Below, piece after piece: positions 38,204 through 49,275 of a stretch of 64,000 bases of DNA. Made by a program: the position numbers and the translations under genes. The notes beneath the pieces were generated by a model. That model did no database searches, had not been told where the DNA came from, and saw nothing but the letters and a program-made list of their open reading frames with translations. This DNA is from Prevotella sp. (GTDB taxonomy: Bacteria > Bacteroidota > Bacteroidia > Bacteroidales > Dysgonomonadaceae), in the NCBI GenBank assembly GCA_031285625.1, contig JAITVV010000095.1, positions 64,001 to 128,000 on the forward strand, in the 5' to 3' direction. Every line of letters starts with the position of its first letter. The stretch's first letter is position 1.

Positions 38204-40603
38204 ATGAAAAGACTCCTTTATATTTTTATCCTCTTCCTATTTTCAATAAATGTATTGTTTGCTCAAATGTCAGATAATCAAATCATCGACTATGTTAAGA
38301 CTGAAGCAGCAAAGGGAACATCACAACAAGCAATAGCCACAGAATTATTGAAAAGGGGTGTTACTAAAGACCAACTGGAAAGAGTAAAAGTACAAGTAGA
38401 GAGACAAAATCAGCAAAATCAGCAAAATCAAAAAAATCTGAAATCTCTAACACCAGGAGAACTAGACCCTTCGTTGCGAACAAATGTAACAGATGAAAGA
38501 ATCATCGAAGAAGATTCTTTAAAACTAAAATTAAGAACCGATATATTTGGGCGAAACATATTTAACCAAAAAAATCTCACATTCGCTCCAAACGTGAATA
38601 TTGCGACACCTGATGACTATAAATTAGGCCCTGGAGACGAAGTTGTAATAGACATATGGGGGGCTTCACAAAATTCACTCCGACAAACTATCTCACCGGA
38701 AGGGAGTATTGTTGTTGAAAGGCTAGGTCCGATTTATTTAAACGGAATGACTGTAAAAGAGGCAAACAGCTATGTACAACAGAAATTTGCCAGCCTATAT
38801 TCCGGTATCGGTAATTATGAAGGAGCATCACAAATCAGGCTTACATTAGGTAAGATTAGAACTATCCAGGTTAATGTAATGGGAGAAGTCGTCATGCCCG
38901 GTACTTATTCCATTTCCTCATTATCATCGGTAATGAATGCCCTGTACAATGCCGGAGGGGTTAATGATATTGGATCATTAAGGTTAGTACAATTATACAG
39001 AAAAGGCAAACTCATTGAGACAGTAGATATTTATCAATACTTAATAAATGGAAAATCAAGCAGTGATGTCCGTCTAACGGATGGAGATATTATCATTGTT
39101 CCGCCATACATTTCACTGGTTAATATTACTGGAAAGATAAAACGTCCGATGTTTTATGAAATGACATTCATAGAGACCTTTGCTGACCTACTAAAATACT
39201 CAGGAGGATTCACCGGGGATGCTTATAAAGAAAAAGTGAATCTGGTACGAAAGACAGGCGAATACAACAAAGTTTTCACTATTTCATCTGAAAACTACAA
39301 TAATTTTATCTTAGAAGATGGGGATAGTATAACAGTAAGTACAGGACTGAATCTTTATGATAACAGGGCTGAAATAAAAGGGGCGGTCTATAGGCCTGGA
39401 TTTTATGAAGTTGGAGACAATATTAGTACAGTAAAACAGCTGATAGATAAAGCCGGAGGTCTGAAGGGGAATGCATTTTTGGATAGAGCTGTATTAACCA
39501 GAGAGCGCGATGACTTAACTTTCGAAAATCTCCCAATTAATCTAAGATCTTTATTATCCGGAAATGGGAATGATATATCGCTGAGAAAAAATGATATGCT
39601 CTTTATCGCCTCAGATAGTGCATTGGTTCAGCTGGGTGACTTTACAATATACGGAGATGTACAAATGCCCGGATCATACCAATATGCTGACGATACGAGC
39701 ATTGAAGATTTAATACTACAAGCCGGAGGGCTATTAAATTCAGCATCAATGGCTAAAGTGGATGTTGCAAGAAGAATCGTCGATCCTTTTAGTACAGAGA
39801 GCAACAATACAATAGCCGAAACTTTCGAATTTAAGATAAAAGACGGTTTGATCGTAGATGGTAAATCTGATTTCATACTTAAACCTTATGATCAGATTTA
39901 TATCCGCCGAAGCCCTGGGTATATTGAGCAGCGAAATATAAGAATAGAAGGGGAGGTTTTATTCCCTGGCGAATACGCCCTAAAAGAAAAAACAGAGAGA
40001 CTTTCTGATATTGTAAAACGGGCAGGAAATATTACAGCTCATGCATATTCAGAGGGAGCGAGGTTATTAAGACAAAAAACAGATAAAGAAATGGCAGAAG
40101 AAAAAAAATCAATGCTATCTCTTTCCGGAGGCCTAAAAGACTCAATACCTGAAGAATTGCTTAATATTGAGAGGTTTTATGCCGTTGGGATAGAACTAGA
40201 CAAGGCAATCTCTAATCCTCGGTCTGAATATGACCTTGTATTAAAAGAAGGGGATCAACTGTTTATACCAGAATATGACAATACTGTCAAAATTAATGGA
40301 GCAGTCATGTATCCTAATACTATCTTATATAAAAAAGGACAGAAAGTATCATATTATATCGATCAGGCCGGTGGATATAGTGATCTCGCAGAAAAGAAAA
40401 GAGCTTATATCGTTTTCATGAATGGAACTGTAACAAAAGCTAAAGGCTCAAGCAGAGATGTCATCCAACCCGGTTGTAATATTATAGTACCAACTAAAGA
40501 GCAAAAAGAGAAAATGTCTCTGGCACAAATCATAAGCTTGGGATCAAGCGTAACATCTATGGCAGCAACTGTAGCTCTATTGATAAATAATCTGACGAAA
40601 TAA
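38204..40603 (+). CDS. Polysaccharide export protein with multiple SLBB domains (Wza/KpsD-like)
   Basis: YKLGPGDEV.IDIWG and repeated G.V..PG.Y / LI..AGG SLBB units. Confidence 0.92.
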   Translation: MKRLLYIFILFLFSINVLFAQMSDNQIIDYVKTEAAKGTSQQAIATELLKRGVTKDQLERVKVQVERQNQQNQQNQKNLKSLTPGELDPSLRTNVTDERIIEEDSLKLKLRTDIFGRNIFNQKNLTFAPNVNIATPDDYKLGPGDEVVIDIWGASQNSLRQTISPEGSIVVERLGPIYLNGMTVKEANSYVQQKFASLYSGIGNYEGASQIRLTLGKIRTIQVNVMGEVVMPGTYSISSLSSVMNALYNAGGVNDIGSLRLVQLYRKGKLIETVDIYQYLINGKSSSDVRLTDGDIIIVPPYISLVNITGKIKRPMFYEMTFIETFADLLKYSGGFTGDAYKEKVNLVRKTGEYNKVFTISSENYNNFILEDGDSITVSTGLNLYDNRAEIKGAVYRPGFYEVGDNISTVKQLIDKAGGLKGNAFLDRAVLTRERDDLTFENLPINLRSLLSGNGNDISLRKNDMLFIASDSALVQLGDFTIYGDVQMPGSYQYADDTSIEDLILQAGGLLNSASMAKVDVARRIVDPFSTESNNTIAETFEFKIKDGLIVDGKSDFILKPYDQIYIRRSPGYIEQRNIRIEGEVLFPGEYALKEKTERLSDIVKRAGNITAHAYSEGARLLRQKTDKEMAEEKKSMLSLSGGLKDSIPEELLNIERFYAVGIELDKAISNPRSEYDLVLKEGDQLFIPEYDNTVKINGAVMYPNTILYKKGQKVSYYIDQAGGYSDLAEKKRAYIVFMNGTVTKAKGSSRDVIQPGCNIIVPTKEQKEKMSLAQIISLGSSVTSMAATVALLINNLTK
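38405..38431 (+). repeat. In-frame 9-nt tandem repeat (QNQ x3)
   Basis: CAAAATCAG CAAAATCAG CAAAATCAA. Confidence 0.8.
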
Positions 40604-40610
40604 GATAAGA

Positions 40611-41675
40611 ATGGAGGAAAAAGAAACTTCTACAGAAATAGAAATTGATTTTGTATCACTTTTTAATAGATTGTGGCATAAAAAGAAATTTATTATTAAA
40701 TTTATTATTGCTGGATTTCTATTAGGCATTATTGTTGCGTACAGCATGCCTAAAGAATATACAACAACTGTCCTGTTAACACCCGATTCTCAAGCTAATA
40801 ACTCCGGAACAATGGGCTCTCTGGCAGCTCTAACAGGAATCAATATTGGCAATAACCAAGTGGATGCATTAACCTCACCTAATCTATACCCAACAATTCT
40901 TAACTCCACGACTTTTATTCAAGGATTATTTGATATACCTGTAAAAGACAAAAGAGTGAATACAACACTGTATACCTATATAAAGGAATACCAGAAAGTT
41001 CCTTGGTGGAATTATATTTTAGGTGCTCCGACTCGCATTAAGAATCTTTTCTCCTCTGATAACCCTGTGGATTCTATAGATACTGCCAATGGACAAAGAA
41101 TATCGAGGGGAGATATGTTTGTAATCGAAACATTAAGAAATATGTTAACTGTAAATTCGGAGAAAAAAACAGGAATTACAGCCATTGAAGTTACTATGCA
41201 AAGTCCTGAAATATCTTCTTTTATAGCAGATACACTTGCATCTTACCTTCAGTCATATATAATCGAATATCGGACTCAGAAAGCCAGATTAGATTTAGAA
41301 TATTCCGAAAGACTATATTTGGAGTCAAAAGAAAATTATTATAAAGCTCAAGCAGAATTAGCTTCATTTACAGATGGTAATATGAATGTTGTATCAGCCA
41401 CATACAGGACTACTCAAGAAAGGCTGCAAAACGAAGCAACTCTGACTTATTCTATTTATAATCAAACAGCCCAACAATTACAAATAGCTAAAGTAAAGGT
41501 GCAAAATACAACACCTGTATTTACAATAATACAGCCCGCTATAGAACCATTGTATGCATCAAAGCCTAGAAAGAAAATAATAATTATTGGTTTTCTATTC
41601 GTTGCATTCGTTGCATCGGCTGCATATATTTTAGGTAAAGACATCTGGGTAGAAATAAAAAAACAAATAAAATAA
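40611..41675 (+). CDS. wzz: Chain-length determinant (polysaccharide co-polymerase)
   Basis: N- and C-terminal TM helices, coiled coil, PVFTIIQPA..P...SKP. Confidence 0.88.
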   Translation: MEEKETSTEIEIDFVSLFNRLWHKKKFIIKFIIAGFLLGIIVAYSMPKEYTTTVLLTPDSQANNSGTMGSLAALTGINIGNNQVDALTSPNLYPTILNSTTFIQGLFDIPVKDKRVNTTLYTYIKEYQKVPWWNYILGAPTRIKNLFSSDNPVDSIDTANGQRISRGDMFVIETLRNMLTVNSEKKTGITAIEVTMQSPEISSFIADTLASYLQSYIIEYRTQKARLDLEYSERLYLESKENYYKAQAELASFTDGNMNVVSATYRTTQERLQNEATLTYSIYNQTAQQLQIAKVKVQNTTPVFTIIQPAIEPLYASKPRKKIIIIGFLFVAFVASAAYILGKDIWVEIKKQIK

Positions 41676-41679
41676 GAAT

Positions 41680-42657
41680 ATGCAAAAAGTATTAGTTACT
41701 GGAGCCGATGGCTTTATAGGATCTCATCTGACTGAAATGCTTTTAGAAAAAGGATACACAGTAGTGGCTTTAACGTACTATAATTCATTTAATGACTGGG
41801 GATGGCTAGAAGGTAGTAATAATCCAAATTTAACTGTCATTAATGGAGATATACGTGATCCTCACTTTTGCAAGCATATAACTAAAGATATTGATATCAT
41901 TTTTCATTTAGCAGCACTCATCGCAATACCTTATTCATATGTAGCACCTGACAGCTATGTAGATACGAACATAAAAGGTACATTAAATATTTGTCAGGCA
42001 GCTAAGGAAAATAATGTAAAAAAAATTTTAGTAACATCTACCTCAGAAGTTTACGGAACGGCAAAGTATGTTCCTATTGATGAAGATCACCCCAAACAGC
42101 CACAATCGCCCTATTCTGCCACAAAAATTGGCGCTGATGCAATAGCTCTTAGTTTCTATAATGCTTTCGAACTTCCAGTAGTTATAGTCAGACCATTCAA
42201 CACATATGGACCACGACAATCAGCAAGGGCTATTATTCCTACCATCATATCTCAAATAGCGAGTGGAATCAGAGAAATCAAACTAGGCGATCTTACCCCC
42301 ACTCGAGATTTCAATTTCGTCAAAGATACTTGCAAAGGATTTATTGATTTGGCAAAATGCGATGCAGCTATCGGACAAGAAGTAAATATAGCGAGCAATT
42401 ACGAAATATCAATGAGAGATACATTGGAATTAATAGCCCAAATAATGGGAGCCGATGTAAAATTTATAGAAGATAAACAACGTTTACGTCCCAAAAGCTC
42501 AGAAGTATTTAGACTATGGGGAGATAATACAAAGATAAAAGAGCTGACTGGTTTCACCCCTGAATATGACATTGAAAGAGGCCTCAAAGAAACCATTGAA
42601 TGGTTTACTCAACCTGAAAATTTAAAAAAATATAAAGCAAATATATACAATGTATAA
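41680..42657 (+). CDS. legB: NDP-GlcNAc 4,6-dehydratase, LegB-like
   Basis: GADGFIGSHL, HLAALIAIPYSY.AP, SPYSATK, RPFNTYGPRQSARA. Confidence 0.88.
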   Translation: MQKVLVTGADGFIGSHLTEMLLEKGYTVVALTYYNSFNDWGWLEGSNNPNLTVINGDIRDPHFCKHITKDIDIIFHLAALIAIPYSYVAPDSYVDTNIKGTLNICQAAKENNVKKILVTSTSEVYGTAKYVPIDEDHPKQPQSPYSATKIGADAIALSFYNAFELPVVIVRPFNTYGPRQSARAIIPTIISQIASGIREIKLGDLTPTRDFNFVKDTCKGFIDLAKCDAAIGQEVNIASNYEISMRDTLELIAQIMGADVKFIEDKQRLRPKSSEVFRLWGDNTKIKELTGFTPEYDIERGLKETIEWFTQPENLKKYKANIYNV

Positions 42658-43792
42658 TGACTTTATCAAATATGTAAGAAAGATATATAGTACCCATGAT
42701 TTTATACCTCTCCATGCTCCGTATTTTTCTGGAAATGAAAAGGTATATCTGGAAGAGTGTATTGATACTACATTTGTATCTAGTGTAGGTAAGTTTGTTG
42801 ATCGCTTTGAAGAAATGGTTAAAGCATATACCAATACCAAACGAGCCGTTGTTTGTGTTAATGGAACAAATGCGCTTCATCTTGCATTACTACTGGTAGG
42901 AGTTGAACGCGAAGACGAAGTCTTAACTCAAGCACTAACATTTATTGCTACAGCTAATGCTATCAGTTATGCAGGTGCGGCACCTGTTTTTATTGATGTT
43001 GATAAAGATACTATGGGTCTTTCGCCTGATAAAGTCAGAGATTGGCTCGTAAAGAATACTGAAATGCATTCAGGAGCATGCTACAATAAAAAAACGGGAC
43101 GTAGAGTCAAAGCATGTATACCAATGCATACCTTTGGGCATCCAGTTAAGATAGATCAGTTAGCTAGTATATGTAGAGAGTATAATATAGAGTTAGTTGA
43201 AGATGCTGCAGAAAGCCTAGGCAGCTTTTATAAAGGTCAACATACTGGTACTTTTGGGAAGATTGGAATTCTAAGCTTCAATGGAAATAAAACCATTACA
43301 ACAGGTGGTGGCGGGATGTTGCTTTTTCAGGATGAAAAGTTAGGTGATTATGCCAAACATATCACAACTCAGGCCAAGGTTTCTCACCAATGGGAATTTG
43401 TACACGACCATATTGGTTATAATTATCGGATGCCAAACATAAATGCAGCCATAGGCTGTGCACAAATGGAAAATCTAGATACAATACTGGCTAATAAAAG
43501 AGAAACAGCTTCAATGTACAAAGAGTATTTCCAAAGTATAAATGATATATCTTTTTTCACCGAGCCTGAAGATTCTAGATCTAACTATTGGCTAAATGCA
43601 ATCTTATTAAAAGATAAAGACTCCCGAGATAACTTTCTGAAATATACGAACGATAATGGTGTAATGACTCGCCCTATATGGACATTAATGAGCAAATTAC
43701 CCATGTTTAAAGATTGCGAAACTGATGATTTAACAAACACAATCTGGTTTGAAGAAAGAGTAGTTAATATACCAAGTAGTGTGAGAATATGA
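42650..43792 (+). CDS. legC: PLP-dependent aminotransferase, LegC-like
   Basis: IPLHAP, VSSVG, EDAAESLG, SFNGNKTITTGGGG, GYNYRMPNINAA. Confidence 0.9.
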   Translation: MYNDFIKYVRKIYSTHDFIPLHAPYFSGNEKVYLEECIDTTFVSSVGKFVDRFEEMVKAYTNTKRAVVCVNGTNALHLALLLVGVEREDEVLTQALTFIATANAISYAGAAPVFIDVDKDTMGLSPDKVRDWLVKNTEMHSGACYNKKTGRRVKACIPMHTFGHPVKIDQLASICREYNIELVEDAAESLGSFYKGQHTGTFGKIGILSFNGNKTITTGGGGMLLFQDEKLGDYAKHITTQAKVSHQWEFVHDHIGYNYRMPNINAAIGCAQMENLDTILANKRETASMYKEYFQSINDISFFTEPEDSRSNYWLNAILLKDKDSRDNFLKYTNDNGVMTRPIWTLMSKLPMFKDCETDDLTNTIWFEERVVNIPSSVRI

Positions 43793-44415
43793 CAAAAAAT
43801 TTAATTCTCGTTGGTGGTGGAGGGCACTGTAAATCTGTTATAGATGCAGCTTGTAGTGCAGGATTCCATATTTTAGGAGTTCTGGATACTCTGGAGAATA
43901 TAGGTAAGTCTATTCTTGATGTAAAAATTATCGGTGACGACTCTTTAATAAATGAGTATATCGGTTCTGCTATGTTTGTAGTAACTGTTGGCTCCATAAA
44001 AAAAACTGCTCTGAGAATAAAACTACATAACATGATTATTGATGCTGGAGGAAGGCTTGCAACCATAGTAGCCTCTACTGCTCATGTATCGAAATATGCC
44101 ACAATAGATGAAGGATCAGTTATATTACACAATACATGTATTAATGCTGATGCCAGAATTGGTAAGAGTTGTATTATAAATACCTTTGCTAATATCGAAC
44201 ATGAAGCTGAAATTGGAGATTTCTCACATATTTCAACAGGAGCTATGGTTAATGGAGCCTGTAAAATTGGAAAATCGGTTTTCATAGGAAGCCAGAGTGT
44301 CTTAGCCCAATGTGTATCTGTAGCTGATTATGCAATAGTTAGCGCAGGTACCTTTGTTAGTAAGAATATTCAGGAGAAGGGGATATATGCAGGAAATCCT
44401 ATGCGTAAATTTTAA
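43789..44415 (+). CDS. PglD/NeuD family sugar acetyltransferase
   Basis: GGGGH N-terminus, hexapeptide repeats, IEHE. Confidence 0.88.
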   Translation: MTKNLILVGGGGHCKSVIDAACSAGFHILGVLDTLENIGKSILDVKIIGDDSLINEYIGSAMFVVTVGSIKKTALRIKLHNMIIDAGGRLATIVASTAHVSKYATIDEGSVILHNTCINADARIGKSCIINTFANIEHEAEIGDFSHISTGAMVNGACKIGKSVFIGSQSVLAQCVSVADYAIVSAGTFVSKNIQEKGIYAGNPMRKF

Positions 44416-44423
44416 TAATTAAA

Positions 44424-45434
44424 ATGAATAGAACAATCATTATTGCAGAAGCAGGAGTTAACCATAATGGATCAATTGATTTAGCAAAAGAATTAATTGA
44501 TGCAGCTGTTGAAGCAGACGTTGATTATATTAAGTTTCAAACCTTCAAGGCAAAAAAACTCGCTTCAAAAACTGCTCAAAAAGCGGAATATCAAGATCGC
44601 AATACAAGCTCGGCTAATAATGAATCTCAACAAGAGATGTTATCTAAACTGGAACTAAGTGTAGATGACCATAATGAGTTGATTGCCTATTGCCAGAAAA
44701 AGAATATCCGTTTTTTCTCAACAGCCTTCGATCTAGAGAGTGTGGATTTTTTAGCTAGCCTCAATTTAGGATTATGGAAGATACCCTCCGGAGAAATAAC
44801 TAACTATCCATATATCAGACGTATTGCACAAACAAAAGAACCGATTATATTGTCAACTGGCATGTCAGATATGGATGATATAAAAGCGGCGATACAAGTA
44901 CTCGTTGAGAATGGGGTTAACAAACAAGAGATAACTGTTTTACACTGTAATACAGAATATCCTACACCTATGAAAGACGTAAATCTGAAAGCAATGAACC
45001 ATATTGCAAAAGAACTAGGTGTAAGAATAGGATATTCGGATCACACATTGGGAATAGAAGTTCCCATTGCTGCTGTAGCTTTGGGTGCGACTATCATTGA
45101 GAAGCACTTTACGTTGGATCGAGAGATGAAGGGGCCAGACCACAAAGCATCCCTAGAACCCAATGAATTAAAGGCGATGGTAAAAGCCATCAGAAATATA
45201 GAAGAAGCTTTAGGTATTGAAGATAAAAAGGTCTCAGAATCAGAACAAAAGAATATAGCAATTGCCCGAAAAAGTATTGTAGCAGCACTACCCATAAAAA
45301 AAGGAGAGATTCTTACGGAAGAAAATATCACGGTAAAAAGACCAGGAACAGGGATATCTCCGATGAAGTGGGAAACTGTGGTAGGACAAAAAGCTATACG
45401 TGATTTTGAAGAAGACGAGTTGATAGAGTTATGA
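44424..45434 (+). CDS. neuB: Nonulosonic acid synthase (NeuB/LegI)
   Basis: IAEAGVNHNG, KFQTF, GYSDHT, IEKHFTLD, GPDH, SAF domain. Confidence 0.95.
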   Translation: MNRTIIIAEAGVNHNGSIDLAKELIDAAVEADVDYIKFQTFKAKKLASKTAQKAEYQDRNTSSANNESQQEMLSKLELSVDDHNELIAYCQKKNIRFFSTAFDLESVDFLASLNLGLWKIPSGEITNYPYIRRIAQTKEPIILSTGMSDMDDIKAAIQVLVENGVNKQEITVLHCNTEYPTPMKDVNLKAMNHIAKELGVRIGYSDHTLGIEVPIAAVALGATIIEKHFTLDREMKGPDHKASLEPNELKAMVKAIRNIEEALGIEDKKVSESEQKNIAIARKSIVAALPIKKGEILTEENITVKRPGTGISPMKWETVVGQKAIRDFEEDELIEL

Positions 45435-45437
45435 GCC

Positions 45438-46595
45438 ATGCGTAAAATATGTGTTATTACAGGAACCAGAGCTGAGTATGGTATATTAAGCCATTTGATG
45501 CAGTTAATTCAGAGTAGTACTACTCTGAAGCTACAGATTATTGCAACCAATATGCATCTCTCACCCCAATTTGGACTTACTTATAAAGAAATTGAAAACG
45601 ATGGTTTCTTTATAGACAAAAAAGTTCAAATGCTTCTTTCTGCAGATACAGCAAATGCAACAGTAAAATCTGTAGGCTTAGCTACAATTGGCTTTGCTGA
45701 TGCTTTTGAAGAATTACAACCTGACCTTATTCTTATATTAGGTGATCGGTATGAGATGCTTGCAACAGCAACAGCAGCATTGTTGTATAAAATCCCGGTT
45801 GCTCATCTTCATGGAGGAGAGATCACCGAAGGCGCCTATGATGATGCTATACGCCATGCTATCACAAAGCTGAGCCATCTTCATTTTACATCGACAGAAG
45901 AATATCGAAAAAGGGTTATTCAGTTAGGAGAGAATCCGGATAGAGTTTTTAATGTTGGAGCGTTAGGTGTAGAAAATGTACTCAACACACCATTGATGAG
46001 AAAGACAGAATTGGAAACCAGTATGAGTTTTAATTTAGGAGAAAAATGTTTATTGGTAACATTTCATCCAGTTACTCTGGAAAGCAGTTCTTCTCTAAAA
46101 CAATTTCAAGATTTATTGGCTGTTTTGGAAGAATATACGGATTATAAGATTGTTTTTACAATGCCAAATTCGGACACCGAAGGTCATTCAATAATGACTC
46201 TTATAGATGATTTTGTCCAAAATCATAATAATTCGATTTCATATACTTCATTAGGTAAACTAAGATATTTATCTTTATTGCAATTTGTGGATGCTGTTGT
46301 GGGAAACTCGTCCAGTGGTATTATCGAAGTACCCAGTATGGGTATACCAACGTTAAATATAGGAAACAGACAGAAAGGGCGAATTCAAGGAGCAGGCATC
46401 ATTAATTGTGAACCTGATTATGCTAGTATCAAAGAAGGAATGACCAAAGTACTTTCACCTGAGATAAAAGAAATAGCAAAAAAAAGAATAAATCCTTACA
46501 TGAAAGAAGGGACATCTAGTACTATCCTAAATATTCTCCAAGAAATTAATTTGGATAGAATGGTCAACAAAACTTTTTATGATTTGAGAGAATGA
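45438..46595 (+). CDS. neuC: Hydrolysing NDP-sugar 2-epimerase (NeuC/LegG)
   Basis: TGTRAEYG, GDRYE, HLHGGE, TFHPVT, GNSSSG, IGNRQ.GR. Confidence 0.94.
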   Translation: MRKICVITGTRAEYGILSHLMQLIQSSTTLKLQIIATNMHLSPQFGLTYKEIENDGFFIDKKVQMLLSADTANATVKSVGLATIGFADAFEELQPDLILILGDRYEMLATATAALLYKIPVAHLHGGEITEGAYDDAIRHAITKLSHLHFTSTEEYRKRVIQLGENPDRVFNVGALGVENVLNTPLMRKTELETSMSFNLGEKCLLVTFHPVTLESSSSLKQFQDLLAVLEEYTDYKIVFTMPNSDTEGHSIMTLIDDFVQNHNNSISYTSLGKLRYLSLLQFVDAVVGNSSSGIIEVPSMGIPTLNIGNRQKGRIQGAGIINCEPDYASIKEGMTKVLSPEIKEIAKKRINPYMKEGTSSTILNILQEINLDRMVNKTFYDLRE

Positions 46596-47632
46596 CAGAA
46601 TATTCTAAATATATAATATCAAATAAAGCTTCTATCCAAAAAGCCCTATTATCATTGAATCAATTATCAAGTGAGGCTCTTACTCTATTTGTTATCGACG
46701 AAAATGAAGTAATGATTGGAACATTAACTGATGGTGATACTAGAAGGAAATTGATAGAAGGCTGTAACCTGTCAGATTCTGTACTATCTGTAATGAATCC
46801 AAATTTTCATTATGTACGAAAGAATGATATAAATGTTCAAAAAATTAAACTTATCAAAGAGAAAGGAATAGTCTTGATTCCGGTATTAGATGAGAAAAAC
46901 CGGATTTGTCAAATATTTAATTTAAAGAAGAAAAAATCCATCCTCCCGCTTGATGTAGTTCTCATGGCAGGGGGAAAGGGAGAAAGGCTTAGACCTTTAA
47001 CTGAAAATATGCCAAAGCCTCTTTTGCTAGTTGGAGATAAGTGTATTATCGATCATAATATAGACCGTTTGATCGAATTTGGCATTAATAATATAAACGT
47101 AACCGTTAATTACCTGAAAGAGCAAATAATAGATCATTTCAGAAAACCTCGGAATGAGACCCGAATAAACTGCATCACTGAGCCATGTTATTTAGGGACA
47201 ATCGGATCGGTAAAGTTTATCGAAACTTTTCATAATGATTATATCTTAGTAATGAATTCTGATTTGTTCACTAATATAAATTATGAAGATTTATTCTTAC
47301 ATTTTATAAACAATAATGCAGATATGTCAGTGGTAGCTGTACCTTATACTGTATCTATTCCATATGGGGTATTCGACCTTGATGGACGAAATATTAAAGG
47401 TATTCAGGAAAAACCGGTATTTAACTATTATGCAAATGCAGGTATTTACCTGTTCAAGAAGGAGCTATTAAAACATATACCAGACAATGAGTTTTTTAAT
47501 GCTACTGATTTTATCGATGTATTAGTAGAGAAAGGATATAATGTTATCCGGTTTCCGTTAACTGGTTATTGGATAGATATAGGTAAACATGAGGAATATA
47601 AAAAAGCTCAAGAGTTAGTAAAACATATGTAA
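46592..47632 (+). CDS. CBS-domain nucleotidyltransferase (PtmE/LgaF-like)
   Basis: GTLTDGD.RR CBS pair; MAGGKGERLRPLT...PKPL; WIDIG. Confidence 0.9.
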   Translation: MTEYSKYIISNKASIQKALLSLNQLSSEALTLFVIDENEVMIGTLTDGDTRRKLIEGCNLSDSVLSVMNPNFHYVRKNDINVQKIKLIKEKGIVLIPVLDEKNRICQIFNLKKKKSILPLDVVLMAGGKGERLRPLTENMPKPLLLVGDKCIIDHNIDRLIEFGINNINVTVNYLKEQIIDHFRKPRNETRINCITEPCYLGTIGSVKFIETFHNDYILVMNSDLFTNINYEDLFLHFINNNADMSVVAVPYTVSIPYGVFDLDGRNIKGIQEKPVFNYYANAGIYLFKKELLKHIPDNEFFNATDFIDVLVEKGYNVIRFPLTGYWIDIGKHEEYKKAQELVKHM

Positions 47633-47633
47633 T

Positions 47634-48356
47634 ATGAAGATATTAATAACAATCTGTGCTAGAGGCGGTTCGAAAGGTATTCCGGGTAAGAATATAAAGG
47701 CTATAGGGAATAAACCTCTTATTGCATATACAATTGATATTGCAAACCGATTTAAGAAAAAGTATTCTCAGACAACTATAGCATTATCTACTGACTCTGA
47801 GGAGATCAGAAAAATTTCCTCTGAATATGGACTTGAATCTGAATATTTAAGACCCGATTTTTTAGCAGGAGATAAGGTTGGAAAGATTGATGCAATTAAT
47901 GATGTTCTTTTTTTCTATGAGAAGAAATACAAGACCAAGTATGATTACATTCTGGATATGGATGTTACTTCTCCATTAAGAAATTTGGAAGATATAGAAA
48001 ATGCCCTAGCAATTATCCAAGATGACTTACAGGCTGTAAATCTATTCTCAGTTAGTGATCCTGATCGGAATCCCTATTTCAATATGGTAGAAAAAAAAGC
48101 AGATGGATACTATTCATTAGTAAAAAATGTTGATAATACTGTTCTCACACGTCAGTCTGCACCTGAGGTATATTCTCTCAATGCTTCTTTTTATATCTAT
48201 AGGCGCTGCTTTTTCGACTTAGGCTATAAAGGAGCAATAACAGATAAGAGTTTGATATACAAGATCCCTCATATATGTTTCGATTTAGATCATCCAATTG
48301 ACTTCGATTTTATGACCTACCTTATTGATATGGGTAAACTAGATTTCAATTTATGA
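47634..48356 (+). CDS. CMP-nonulosonate synthetase (NeuA/LegF/PtmB-like)
   Basis: ICARGGSKGIPGKN, TSPLR, RNPYFNMVE, RQSAP. Confidence 0.92.
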   Translation: MKILITICARGGSKGIPGKNIKAIGNKPLIAYTIDIANRFKKKYSQTTIALSTDSEEIRKISSEYGLESEYLRPDFLAGDKVGKIDAINDVLFFYEKKYKTKYDYILDMDVTSPLRNLEDIENALAIIQDDLQAVNLFSVSDPDRNPYFNMVEKKADGYYSLVKNVDNTVLTRQSAPEVYSLNASFYIYRRCFFDLGYKGAITDKSLIYKIPHICFDLDHPIDFDFMTYLIDMGKLDFNL

Positions 48357-49273
48357 ATATATTGATTATGGGATTAGGTTCCATTGCACGAAAACATATT
48401 GATGCACTTAAATTGCTCAATATAGAATATACCCTGTATGCATTGAGGTCTTCAGTTAGTGCACTAGAAGAGGCTGGAATAAAGAATGTATATTCTTTAA
48501 AAGAAATTGAAGAAATAAAAATTTCATTTGCAATAATTTCCAATCCCACATCAAATCACAAAGACACAATACTAAACCTATTAGATCTTAATTGTCCTCT
48601 ATTTATAGAAAAACCCTTATATCATAAATTAGATGTGGATGAGATCCTAGCCGATGTAAACAAAAGAAATATATTAACCTATGTTGCGTGTAATCTCAGA
48701 TTTTTAGATTCACTATTGTTTGTAAAAGACGAAATTATTCAAAATAGGAAAAGACTAAACGAGGTAAATGTATATTGCGGGTCATATTTACCATCATGGA
48801 GAGATACAGATTATAAAATATCTTATAGTGCAATACCATCCTTAGGAGGCGGGGTACATATCGATTTAATTCATGAACTGGATTATTTATATTGGATATT
48901 TGGAATCCCGAATATGGTTCATTCTGTATTTAGGAATGTGTCAAGCTTGAATATAGATGCTTATGATTACGCTAACTATAATCTAATTTATGACCAATTC
49001 TGTGCTAATGTTATACTAAATTATTTTAGAAAAGATTATAAACGAACATTTGAATTAGTATTTGAAAATGAAACATGGCTAGTCGATTTAGCCTGTAATA
49101 CTGTATCTTTGAACGGGAATATAATATATAAATCCAATCAAAAGATAATTGATACATATGCTTCTCAAATGAATTATTTTTTGGATTTGATAAGAACGAA
49201 CAAGAATTCGTCAATAAATACTATTAATGATGCATATGATGTATTAAAAATATGTTTAAATAAACCAGAATAA
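48353..49273 (+). CDS. Gfo/Idh/MocA oxidoreductase (PtmF/ElaA-like)
   Basis: GLGSIARKH, IEKP, YLPSWR, GGGV..DL.HELDY. Confidence 0.85.
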   Translation: MNILIMGLGSIARKHIDALKLLNIEYTLYALRSSVSALEEAGIKNVYSLKEIEEIKISFAIISNPTSNHKDTILNLLDLNCPLFIEKPLYHKLDVDEILADVNKRNILTYVACNLRFLDSLLFVKDEIIQNRKRLNEVNVYCGSYLPSWRDTDYKISYSAIPSLGGGVHIDLIHELDYLYWIFGIPNMVHSVFRNVSSLNIDAYDYANYNLIYDQFCANVILNYFRKDYKRTFELVFENETWLVDLACNTVSLNGNIIYKSNQKIIDTYASQMNYFLDLIRTNKNSSINTINDAYDVLKICLNKPE

Positions 49274-49275
49274 TT

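Noticed and set aside
38405-38431. 9-nt tandem repeat in the exporter gene as a phase switch
   Set aside because: In-frame, only three units, in a low-complexity linker
44424-46595. Plain sialic acid (Neu5Ac) or pseudaminic acid pathway
   Set aside because: LegB/LegC-like genes, a hydrolysing epimerase and the CBS nucleotidyltransferase fit the legionaminic route; no PseG/PseH-like genes seen
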